Positions 1-10,504 are shown, counted from the stretch's first letter. The stretch: 64,000 bases of DNA from Setoptus koraiensis (GCA_048013815.1 CM106586.1:5146001-5210000), one strand, 5' to 3'. Notes: generated by a model from the letters alone, not told the origin. A program made the numbers and translations.

Positions 1-2016
1 CTTAAAAGTTTACCTCAGATCCCCAACATAAAAATGGAAGACCCCGAGCATCATCCTGTAATGAAAAAAGCAAAAATCAAACAAATTGTCGATAGCAATA
101 AGAGAGAGTCCCTGATCAATTATACATTACCAATTAGAACAATGTTCTCCGTTTTACCGATGCCAACAATGTATTCATGGGCCGAAATACAGAGAAACTT
201 TTTAGCGGATGACGAAACTGTTCTTCACAACATACCATACATGGGTGACCATATACTTGATGAGGATCTCAATTTCATCGAGGAACTATTGGATAACTAC
301 GATGGCAAAGTACATAGTGACAAAGAAAAATCAGAATTGACTGAGGATTTGTTTGTAGAAGTAATCAACGCCTTACTGAAGTATATAGAAGAAACTAAAG
401 CAACTCAAGCTGCCAAAGCTGCCAACGCCAAAGTAAATCCCCCTACTCACGACTTGAAATTATCAAATGGCTCCTCTGCTTGTGTTACCAATGGCCACTC
501 TCACACAAACGGTAACGGGTGCCATGCTAGTACTTCAGACTGTGCTAGTTCATCAACAAGTTCTGAATCAAAATCAGACAAATTGACTTACTCAGCTAGG
601 AGAGATTCAACTTTGAGGCGCACCGCCGAACGACTTGCCAATATTTATTTGATTAGAGGCGAAGCCAACAGGCAACCACCGATAACACCCCCAGATCCTG
701 ATCTCATGTTCGCCGCGATGTCAGCTGTACTACAGGATCAAGGTAATGCAGAGGACATCAAAGCGAAATATTATCGTCTTATCCGTCCACAACCTGATGA
801 GCCTACGCCTCCACTGGAATCCAACCCGAACATAGATGGTGAAAAAGCACAATCTGCTTCGCGCGAGCAAACTATGCACTCTTTTCACACACTATTTTGC
901 AGAAGATGCTATGAATATGATTGTTGTCTCCACCCGCCTATTAAATCTGTTCCTAGGAGAAATTACCGTAATAGTGAAGAACCAACTGAACCACATAAAT
1001 GTGAACAATGCCGAGCAAATGCTAACGAGTCGCTTAATGGTGGTGATGCTGGTGAAGACAGAAAAATTATAACCGACTTTAGTGATTGGACAGGCGCTGA
1101 AATGTCATTAGCGAGAGTTTTCAACACCGTTTATCGGAGTAATTACTGTATGATTGCAGAAGTAATAGAAACTAAGACATGTTCTCAAGTTCGGGACTTC
1201 ATTCTCAATGAAAATCTGAAAAAAGATGATAAGGACCAAACTGACAAATGTGATGTAGAGAGTCGTGCCAAAAAGAAGAGACGCCGCGCTTGGTCTCTCC
1301 ATCGTAGGAAACGACAAATTAAGCGTGAAGGGTCCCATAGTCACCTTAGGAATTATGTACCTTGCGATCATCCAGGAAAGCCATGTGATGCAGATTGCCC
1401 CTGCGTCAGCTCTCAAAACTTTTGTGAGAAGTATTGTAATTGCAGCCCGGATTGCCAGCATAGATTCCCGGGTTGTCGTTGTAAGGCTCAATGTAATACT
1501 AAACAATGCCCTTGCTATTTGGCCGTAAGAGAATGTGACGCCGATCTCTGTACTGCATGCGGTTCGGAACACACGCAATGTAGAAATGTTTGTATACAAA
1601 GAAGTTTGAAAAAGCATCTACTATTAGCTCCTTCGGACGTTGCCGGTTGGGGAATATTTTTGAAAGATGGTGCCTTAAGACATGAATTTATAAGTGAGTA
1701 TTGTGGCGAAATAATATCACAAGACGAAGCAGATCGCCGAGGAAAAGTATACGACAAATATGCATGTAGTTTTCTATTTAACTTGAACGACGAATATGTT
1801 GTGGATGCCACTAGGAAGGGCAACAAAATCAGATTTGCAAATCATTCTGTCAACCCCAATTGCTATGCGAAAGTCATGATGGTCAATGGAGATCACAGAA
1901 TCGGTATCTTCGCCAAACGACAAATATATGGAGGGGAGGAGCTATTTTTCGACTATCGTTACGGCCCGACTGAACAGCTTAAGTTCGTTGGTATAGAGCG
2001 AAAACTACCAACATGA
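1..2016 (+). CDS. EZH2: Histone-lysine N-methyltransferase E(z)/EZH2, PRC2 catalytic subunit (probably 5'-partial)
   Basis: Frame is open from base 1 (LKSLPQIPNIK precedes the Met at 34), so the start is likely outside the window. Motifs: DETVLHNIPYMGD, HSFHTLFCRRCYEYDC (MCSS), CXC (PCDHPGKPCDADCPC...RFPGCRCKAQCNTKQCPCYLAVRECDADLC) and SET (GWGIF, EYCGEIISQDEADRRGKVYD, RFANHS, EELFFDYRY). No intron in the visible part. Confidence 0.97.
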   Translation, partial: LKSLPQIPNIKMEDPEHHPVMKKAKIKQIVDSNKRESLINYTLPIRTMFSVLPMPTMYSWAEIQRNFLADDETVLHNIPYMGDHILDEDLNFIEELLDNYDGKVHSDKEKSELTEDLFVEVINALLKYIEETKATQAAKAANAKVNPPTHDLKLSNGSSACVTNGHSHTNGNGCHASTSDCASSSTSSESKSDKLTYSARRDSTLRRTAERLANIYLIRGEANRQPPITPPDPDLMFAAMSAVLQDQGNAEDIKAKYYRLIRPQPDEPTPPLESNPNIDGEKAQSASREQTMHSFHTLFCRRCYEYDCCLHPPIKSVPRRNYRNSEEPTEPHKCEQCRANANESLNGGDAGEDRKIITDFSDWTGAEMSLARVFNTVYRSNYCMIAEVIETKTCSQVRDFILNENLKKDDKDQTDKCDVESRAKKKRRRAWSLHRRKRQIKREGSHSHLRNYVPCDHPGKPCDADCPCVSSQNFCEKYCNCSPDCQHRFPGCRCKAQCNTKQCPCYLAVRECDADLCTACGSEHTQCRNVCIQRSLKKHLLLAPSDVAGWGIFLKDGALRHEFISEYCGEIISQDEADRRGKVYDKYACSFLFNLNDEYVVDATRKGNKIRFANHSVNPNCYAKVMMVNGDHRIGIFAKRQIYGGEELFFDYRYGPTEQLKFVGIERKLPT

Positions 2017-2046
2017 TCAGTTTATTTTGTCATAACAACATAACTA

Positions 2047-4479
2047 CTACCTAACTCGAACCTTCGGCTGCCTCACTGCTTTTACATTCCTGCTTGGACT
2101 TCTATTTTGCTGTCCTGTAATGGGCGCTATAAGCGCGCCCAATATTGCGAAAACAAATATAAAAAACCATTTGTCAGGACTCAGATTCTCCAATCCAAAG
2201 GCATTAGTTTCTGTAAGAGTTATCTAATTACAGTAGTATATTTGGGAAGATTGTACAAAAGAATTATTATAATATATAGTAATAAACGATTTTCATGAAG
2301 GAATTCGTACATTTTGCTGAAACTGTTCAGGTGATAAAACTTACTTGTAGGAATATAGAGAAAATCAGTATGCATACAAAAAACGGGTGACTAGAGGAGC
2401 CCGCCAGTATGTTGAAACTGCCAGACTGGTTGAAACAATTTATCAGATTGAAGATATTATTGAGCACTAGCGAGTTAAATGCCATAGTTTGATGCTGTCT
2501 TTTACTCTCCACATTAATTTGGAACATTACTTTTCCTGTAGATCATATCGAGATGGAGAGAGTTACCAGGAGGTTTAGTTATTTTAGTATTTACTTTGCG
2601 AGTCTCTGTGTCAGAAGATCAAAGAAACTTACCAAAAACCATCACTATTAACATGACAATAATCTGGTAAGCAACGTGTAGTTTTATCAATTTGAATGTC
2701 ACATCATCGATTAGTTTGCTGTGATGGAATGTCTGGCGAAAATCAGAAATGATTTCTTTGTTTATGACTGTCTCATCTAGATTGACATAGGATGCCTCTG
2801 GAGTTACGGTTATAGCTGGCATAGATCCATCCAACTGAATCATTGAATGTCTGTATTCTTTCGGCCCTCCGTGTAAATAAGACTGATCTGATGATTGATT
2901 CTGGTCATTAGACATATGTAATTGGAAGGACGAGGCCCTTCTATGACTGTTTGGCTTCTGAGGGCTGACACTGGCTCTATGATGGCTATTTAGATTCCCC
3001 TGGGAAGCTCTCATCTGTTTACTTGATACGCTGCTAGAAAGGTTTGTATTTGATCTGATCGGGGTGGTGCCCGTGGAAAAGCTACTCTGTTGCGAAATAT
3101 TCGGCAGTTTCAGTGGAGCTCTGGGCAATGAAGAGAGCCATTTGGTCATCAAAGAGGCCACTCCCAAAAGCACATATATGATGGTCAGTAGAACAAACTG
3201 GCTATTGGATAATATGTAATCTTGAAATACCATAATGGTTAAAAATCTATAAAGACAACATGATACGGACATGCTTACTTGAAACAATGCGAATGATTGT
3301 GTTATATTTGATGCAAGCAAACAAGTGATCAAAAATAGGTAAACATCGGAGAAGTTCAAGTCCGGTGACTTTAGCATAACTTGTGATTCGCGTTTCACAT
3401 CATCATCATCACAATCTTGAAATGTGACACCACAATCAGCTAATTTCATTGCCTCAGGATCGGTGAAAGTATATCCAAAATATACTAGGTTCTCATTGGG
3501 GAGTGGATGACATTTTTTGATTAAATATATTAAAAAAGACTTATCTGCTGGTGTTGCTTGTGACATGATTTTCATACGAGATAATAGATAACAAACTTTG
3601 CTTTGCTTGATGTCGCCCCTTGAGTCGGTGATGATTTTGAGAAGATCAACAGATCTAATAACAGCTAATCTATGATGTTCCTTTCTGATGAGACCAATGC
3701 TGATACCCAATTTGCGAGCATCTTCAAATGAATCTTCGACGACCAATTTGGGCTTGATATAAGATTTAGATAACTGATGGATAACGTCCCGAACCTGAAA
3801 ATAGACATCAAAAATAGTCGTAAGTCAACAAATCAGAAAAGAGCAGCGGTGGTGCTTTGATGACACGAATGATGATACTCACTAAAGGCCTCAGTCTGGT
3901 TGTAGAGGGCTGATTGAAAGCTTGACCATCGCCAAACATGATGTATTTCGGTATGACATTCAGAATCTGATCATCTTTAATTCTGATTCTAGATTCACCA
4001 GCTCGCCATTTAGCGCATTTCTTGTTGAATAATGTACATATAGGTAAACCTAATGGTATGATTACAGACACAATCGCTATGGATTGTTCAATAAATTCCA
4101 ATATTCTTTCTAAAAAGTATTTTGATACAGTTACAGATGCTAGATCTTTATTTCCTGATGTCGACGAAGATACAACAATTGGCGAAGACGTATCCAACTC
4201 CTTGACAGCATAACGTACTATCAAACCAATGAAAGTTATTACTCCCAATGTTATACCTATAACAATATAATAGTAATGTTTTTTTCTTGCTGATGTCAGT
4301 CGCTGAGTGAACAAGATGATTTTTTTTTTATGAAAACAGTCATACAACTCACCTAATTGCAGTAATTTCCTGCAAACATTGTCATATATATGGGCAGGTT
4401 TGCTTCTTATTGTGGCAATCTCATCTTGAACGCCTTCTTTGGTGGCCGTAGAATCATATGAGGTCATTCGGCGATTCAT
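2047..4479 (-). CDS. Degenerate PMCA-like (P2B) P-type ATPase homolog, predicted catalytically dead; exons 3883-4479, 2633-3794, 2345-2535, 2047-2223 (708 aa)
   Basis: Three ORF-track fragments plus a short last exon join in frame through GT-AG introns 3795-3882, 2536-2632 and 2224-2344 (donors GTGAGT, GTAAGT, GTAAGT). The joined protein is collinear with PMCA: FTQRLT~LQGKLT; VSVIIPLGLP~VVAVPEGLP; RPLVRDVI~RPEVPDAI; ITDSRGDIKQ~IRNEKGEVEQ; SQATPADK~ARSSPTDK; AMKLADCG~ALKKADVG; HVAYQ~HAFYQ; QHQTMAFNSLVL~QHYTIVFNTFVL; LSPDKW~LSLSQW. Confidence 0.85.
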
Positions 4480-6435
4480 AATGTTTCGAATTGTGCAGAA
4501 TAGTAATCAAAGTTTGCAAAACATCACACATGACACTCATAATGCACATTTGTTGACAATGTTGTTGATCCGAACTGTTTTTTCAAATAGCTTGAAGTGG
4601 GTTTGTTGAACTAAAATACAAAAATGTAGAGCTCATATTGATCAAATGATGAGTGAAGATGAAGCCATTAAACTTTTTGTTGTTTCACTTGCGCAAATAT
4701 TAGGTATGCGTGACACAGATCCACGGCGCACTCTCAGAGCGAATATCAAATGGTGGCTAATGTGATTATAGTGTACTAGTAAGATTCTATATGTATGGCT
4801 TGCTGAAGATGAAGTGTTATTAATGGTGTCTATTGTGAGATATGAATAGTTTTATTTTTAGATGAAAGCATATAGACCCAATCATCCATCATAAAGATTA
4901 TAGAGTATCATGCTGGTTCAATAAGTCCATTATGTTAACAACAGAAACTATCTGATGTAATGTTGCTACAGCAAGCGGGCGAAATCTAGGCGGAGTCCTG
5001 TTATTATAAGCCTAGATGATGGTGATTAAGCTTTGTGATTCAGACTGCCAATAAATCACTAGTTTCAAGGCATCATTTAATTAGATCATGTTTCTATCCA
5101 ATATAGATGTCATCACGCACGCGTAAATACTTCATCGAAAACCTTCATTTAACTAGTTGGCACTTTTTTGACGTGGAATATAGTTTTATGAAAAGATTCA
5201 AGCAGGTCAGACATTGTTCGGCCAAACTAGCCTACTCTCTTTGCATACTCATTTGAAGGTTAATCTATTTTGAATTGATGATAGATTGTGATTGATGAGA
5301 TTTTCTGTATATGAGTACATCGGTATATTCAGTAAGTTGAGCGAGAAGCTCACCATTCAATGTGAATATATTTATGAACGGATTTTATGCGAGAGATTCG
5401 AAGACCGAATCATGACTGACAAGGTGCCCACAGTAGGACAGAAAACTTGTGAAAATCATGTTGCCCTGATATATTCTATGAACCGATTTTATATACCTAT
5501 TGTGCAAACCTCAAAGTTATTGGTGGATGTTGTTTCGACAAGTTACGAAACTAATGGTTACATGCAGTATTTCGCTTGCTAACATATATTTCGTGGAAAG
5601 AGGAATGAACAATGTGAAGTATTGGCACTGAAATTTGGGTTCATGAATTATTGATTCACAGCCAGATTGAGATCGTGCTGGTCGTTGCAATGATTAATTA
5701 ACAGCACACAACACGTGCAAATATAGCGTGTGGGCGGAATATCCATCGGAATAGCCTGAGCAGCCGATTGTTTTGACGGTAACATTAGTTATACGCTATG
5801 GTGGCGTTGTCAAATCTTCATAATTTTACATGCTAATGAGCCATTAGCAGTGACTATCACTAAATTTGATGGCGACTCATGTAGGCAAGCAAATGGCCTC
5901 AATGTTAGTATGTTCTCTTCTCTGTGTTTTCATGCTCGTATGTTGTTACTGTGCAAAAAATAATCATCAGGTTGGCATCATGCTAATGTCGAGTCATAAT
6001 TCAAATCACACAGCCATGATTATTAGTGACACGTCATGAAGTTATGTTAGCCTAACTTGCAAACTCACATAATGATAACTACCACACACTAATGTCTCGA
6101 TGAACTCTTTTGAGGCTACGCCCAATAGACCAAATGAACACTGCTGCTTTTTATTAGAACAGTGATGAGGCTGACTTTTGCTCCTCTTTTATGTGTAGTA
6201 TCTTGAATTCTGACGCAGATGATATTGCCTCAGTTGCTGGCGTCCATGGGGCCAAACATGGGAGCATAGTGTACGTGAATATAGCGAAGTTGTTGTAGTA
6301 TGGCTTTGGTTTTAGCCATCAATTTTGTTGTTCGATCTCAAATTGTGTCGTGATGATAAAAGTTAGCAAAAAGTTAGCAGCAACGTGGTACACTAACTAT
6401 CACTGATTTCAACTCTCGTACATGTAGTCTATTAT

Positions 6436-7455
6436 TTATTCCACGAGGACTCTAACGGCATCAGAATCTTTTATCGAGTAACGTACGCCGTTGTAGTTGT
6501 ACACAGGCGCTGGTTCTTTGCCGAACCCGGGCAAATTTGATGTACTAGATTGACCACTGAAACATCGATCAGAATCCTCATCAAGTAGTAAGGCAAGCCA
6601 GAATGCTGTTATAGAGTGCAATATTAAATCAATAGACTGTGATATAATATCCAAGTATTTCTCATACAGATGATTCTCGTAGGCCACCCAAGCCGGATTA
6701 ACTCTTCTATTATCGTCATCATCTGCATTATCTTCGTCATCAATATCCGACTCTTTAATTGGTACAATCGAGGTTACTTTTCTCAAAGTGTCAGTCTCCA
6801 CAGTAGTACTTGTCGTTATTATTGGTTCTGAAGATTTGTCCTTTAAATGAGGATCATTTTTTAGATCGTCTGGATGAATGTATTCGTAATCACTGCTGAG
6901 GTCGAGATTGTTTCTTGAGTTGTTCTTTTTTGTTCCTCCGACATCCAACGAGGCATCATACTCATAGTCTTTGTCGCTCGATCTAGTTTTGCTTGTTACC
7001 TTTCGCTTAACAATACCTTCGCTGTTGTTCTTATTAGTATTATTATTAACATTATCAAGGCCGATCTTCGTTCGATTGTTGTTGGAACTGTTCCAGCTGA
7101 AATTCCTGACAGATTTTACTGAGCGAAGCGACGATAATGAATTATCTGTTGGTTGAACTTGCTTCGATGGTGTTATCTTTTCATAATAGGGCATTCTGGG
7201 CTGCTGGCCGCTCTGATTTGTTGTTCCAACGGCGTAAATAATGATCGAGGCCAACATTATAAGACACATACTGATGGCATACACAACTAGTATACATCTA
7301 TTTTCGATTGTTATACCAATCAGGCCTATTAGACAGAATGCTATCAATATAATCACTATCATGAGATTGTCGTCACGATGAAAGCATTTTCTCAATGATG
7401 ATGCTGTCAATAATAACAAATTGATAAACAGCGACGTTTTAATAGTGAACTTCAT
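6436..7455 (-). CDS. Tetraspanin-like four-TM membrane protein with a long low-complexity loop
   Basis: Intronless ORF, ATG at 7455. It has three N-terminal hydrophobic segments; LIGLIGITIENRCILVVY resembles the tetraspanin TM2-TM3 signature (GxxGAxxENRCLL). A fourth hydrophobic segment (IISQSIDLILHSITAFWLALLL) follows a ~195-aa polar loop. Confidence 0.6.
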   Translation of the reverse strand: MKFTIKTSLFINLLLLTASSLRKCFHRDDNLMIVIILIAFCLIGLIGITIENRCILVVYAISMCLIMLASIIIYAVGTTNQSGQQPRMPYYEKITPSKQVQPTDNSLSSLRSVKSVRNFSWNSSNNNRTKIGLDNVNNNTNKNNSEGIVKRKVTSKTRSSDKDYEYDASLDVGGTKKNNSRNNLDLSSDYEYIHPDDLKNDPHLKDKSSEPIITTSTTVETDTLRKVTSIVPIKESDIDDEDNADDDDNRRVNPAWVAYENHLYEKYLDIISQSIDLILHSITAFWLALLLDEDSDRCFSGQSSTSNLPGFGKEPAPVYNYNGVRYSIKDSDAVRVLVE

Positions 7456-7816
7456 AGTGCGCAAGCTATTCCAATTAAAAATTGAAACCGACGAGCTAGA
7501 GGAATGTTTACGTTATTGGGAGCTGGTTGGTAGTATTTTTGCTTATCACGTTGATTGTGATTTTCCTAGACAATTGGTCCGTTGTTGATTAATAATAACT
7601 GTTCCTTCCTTCAGTTATTTTCGTTCAGATTTTGTTTTCGGATGATGACTAATTCAAATCGTCATTCTTGATTCTATCCCATGCTCATCCACAGTGTGAC
7701 AATAATACGAATTGATTTATATAGGTTGTGTCCAGGACACTCCAGAATGATATAATAACCACACAGATCGAACTTTTTTGAGCGCTCTAGTTTGTCGATG
7801 TTTTGCCAAGTTCGTT

Positions 7817-7852
7817 TGCGCCTGCGCAGTGAGCGTGTGCTCCAAAATGGCG
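7817..7852. promoter_or_regulatory. NRF1/EWG-type site (TGCGCCTGCGCA, 7817-7828) plus YY1/Pho-type motif (AAAATGGCG, 7844-7852)
   Basis: Consensus matches in the intergenic region between the divergent tetraspanin-like and ZMYND19 genes. A second YY1-type motif (AAGATGGCG) lies on the minus strand at 8776-8784. Confidence 0.4.
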
Positions 7853-9586
7853 CCAATTCAGTCAAGATTCGGCTGGCAGTGTTTCGGACTAAGGGAACAA
7901 GTGTTCATCGCTGCAAGATCTCCACCCTGGGCGTGATCCCGAATGTCCGCCAGTGAAAATGACAGGCGGGGTCACTAGAGAATGACTGAGTGAGAATGAC
8001 TTTAAAAATTTTGTGAGGAGACAGAACCAGGAGTAGAGGACGATCGAATTGGAAGAGATACAATGATCATGACAGTCATCACAGTCATCCCAGATATCTC
8101 AATCAATGCGCTCACACAACAGGATTTTCTATCTGATTTTCACTCCGTCACCAATCACTACGTCCTCCCTGTTTCACTCCGTCTCCCAAATTTGCCAGAG
8201 TTAAAGAATTGGAGTGATCCATCACCTCGAAACACTATCCGCTGCCAAGCTACTCTTTGTGCGAGGTAGTGTCTACTTCTTCTATCAAACTCTGTTTTCA
8301 CCAGAAAATCATTGTTGACCTCAGTCCGAGACGCCCCATCATATCTGTATGATCGCCATTCTTAATAATAGTGTTTTAACCGTGCTCTGGGCTGTCCCGA
8401 TCGGCTCAGCTCAGCTCACTTTTTGACTCAAAGAGTAAACTTGACTAATGGCGTTATATGATATAGATGTTAGTTCCGGTCTAAATTGCAAACTTTGAGC
8501 TCATGTAGAGCCTTGCATAATCAACACAAGTCAGAGTCCGAGGTCTGGATGTTGATTGAGCCGTTCGACAGATAGCTAAATAGTTTAGCTGTCAATGATC
8601 ATGACAACTGACAGAGTAGACCAAACTGAATCCATTCTAAGTTGAAACTTGTTTGCTATTGAGACTTATTCAACGAAGAATATTCTTTACACTGCTGTGT
8701 AAATGAGTTAGATGAAAAATACATTACAAACAAAAATTCATGTCCATAACATCATTTGATTGTATGAATAGGGGGCGCCATCTTTTGAGTGTGTTTCGGC
8801 ATTGGTGAACGAGCAACAAAACAGTGGCACAAGTGGTGAATGGCTCGCCTTACGACAACAACACAGATAGCACTGCTACAACAGCACACAGACACACACA
8901 CACACATACTTTATTTTAACCGATATCATGCGCAGTTGAACGCTTTGTTCGGATGAATTCCTCTTTCTCTCTGTCTCTCTCCCTTTCTCTTTATCTATTT
9001 CTCTTTATCAATTCAACAAACGTTTGCCTCATTTCTTCCATGACTACCTTGTTGAGAATCTTGATATCAATGTATGCCAAGAAATGCCATCAGCTATCAC
9101 CTTTGCCCACACCTATCTAATCCATATCACACTGAATACACTGTAGATAGCAATAGCCGGAATTTCAGAGTACAACAATCTTGGCTCACACTCAAATACA
9201 CACCAGAGCTACATCACCTACATAAAACTCTATCTCGTGACCAAAGGATGACCCTCAATATATTTCACCATTGGAATTCTAAAACGCAGATATAACCAGC
9301 TTGCTTGATTAAAAGAAGCACCTTAGACACGACGAAATCGCTGATGATACACACATTTTCACTCTAGCACGCACGAATACAATATTTTCCATGCTCATAC
9401 ACATTGAACAGCCTGCAATCTGTGCATCATCACATTTATAATATCGGCACCGTTACACGCTAATTTGGCCCAAGTGACCTATCCCGCTTCATCATCTGTG
9501 GATATCATTTGTTATTATTATCTACTTTATAAATAAACTAACATCTTATTACACAAGAGATACCAATTGATTAAACATTGATCAAA

Positions 9587-10504
9587 ATGAAAGACGATGA
9601 TACCATACCGTGCGGATTGAAGCTCAGTCTCATCAAGTTGGGCCGGGTAGCCGGCAAAATAAAATACACTCTTGTCGACGATAGAGACTTGGACTTAACT
9701 AATCTCTTCTATCTAGACGCTAGACTTGACATAGATAGAAATGGCAATGGAGCCTCGATTCATGCCTTTGCTTATAAACGAGGCTCAGAACGTGACACTG
9801 CTATACATTTGCATAAATTAATATGGCTCAAACATCATGAATATATACCTCAAGGTTACTTTGTGACCCATCACAATGATATTACTATGGATAATAGATT
9901 GGACAATCTTTACCTTTTAACTGCTGAAGATTATATCAAGAAGATCATCAATCGATACAATGAATCACTCTCTATTAAACGTTCATCTAGCTCAAACAAC
10001 AACGCAACATCGGAAACATCGACCTCCTCACATAGTAACAGAATTGATAATCAACTGGCCACAACCAGCAATATAACGACACCAAATGTTTGTAACGCTG
10101 CCAGAAATACAAATGCCACTATTAGTAACACCACAACAAACCAACACGATAATCTCTATTATGAAGCCCTTAAGAAATTAGACCTCAGACGTATAATAGA
10201 GGAAGATTCTAATTGTGTCAGTAGGGCTAATCGAAGCTACGACGCGAATGGCGACTTTGTTTTATCCACAAGCGCAACGTCTATTTTTGAGTGTCGTCAT
10301 CTGTTGTGTAACCGAGTTGAGGCGGAACCGGGACAATTCTCAATTTGTGGAAGGTGCCAGGAGGCGCGCTACTGTGGTAAACCTTGTCAACTGTCGGATT
10401 GGCCGGTTCATTTGAAACTCTGTCGAGAAAAAGAGCAGCCTAGGTCTCAACCATCATCATCACATGATGACGACGATGCTGATTTCTCTAGTGATAATAA
10501 GTAG
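9587..10504 (+). CDS. ZMYND19: Zinc finger MYND domain-containing protein 19
   Basis: LKLSLIKLGRVAGKIKYTLVD, DRNGNGASIHAFAY, HKLIW...VTHHNDITMDNRLDNL (HNH-like), YDANGD and the MYND finger FSICGRCQEARYCGKPCQLSDWPVHLKLC. First ATG at 9587; intronless. Confidence 0.93.
   Translation: MKDDDTIPCGLKLSLIKLGRVAGKIKYTLVDDRDLDLTNLFYLDARLDIDRNGNGASIHAFAYKRGSERDTAIHLHKLIWLKHHEYIPQGYFVTHHNDITMDNRLDNLYLLTAEDYIKKIINRYNESLSIKRSSSSNNNATSETSTSSHSNRIDNQLATTSNITTPNVCNAARNTNATISNTTTNQHDNLYYEALKKLDLRRIIEEDSNCVSRANRSYDANGDFVLSTSATSIFECRHLLCNRVEAEPGQFSICGRCQEARYCGKPCQLSDWPVHLKLCREKEQPRSQPSSSHDDDDADFSSDNK

Noticed and set aside
4303-4352. Apparent 50-nt intron (GTGAGT...CAG) in the first pseudo-pump exon
   Set aside because: Splicing it would put a TAG in frame upstream. 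The unspliced frame is open and aligns with PMCA KEKSVLQGKL.
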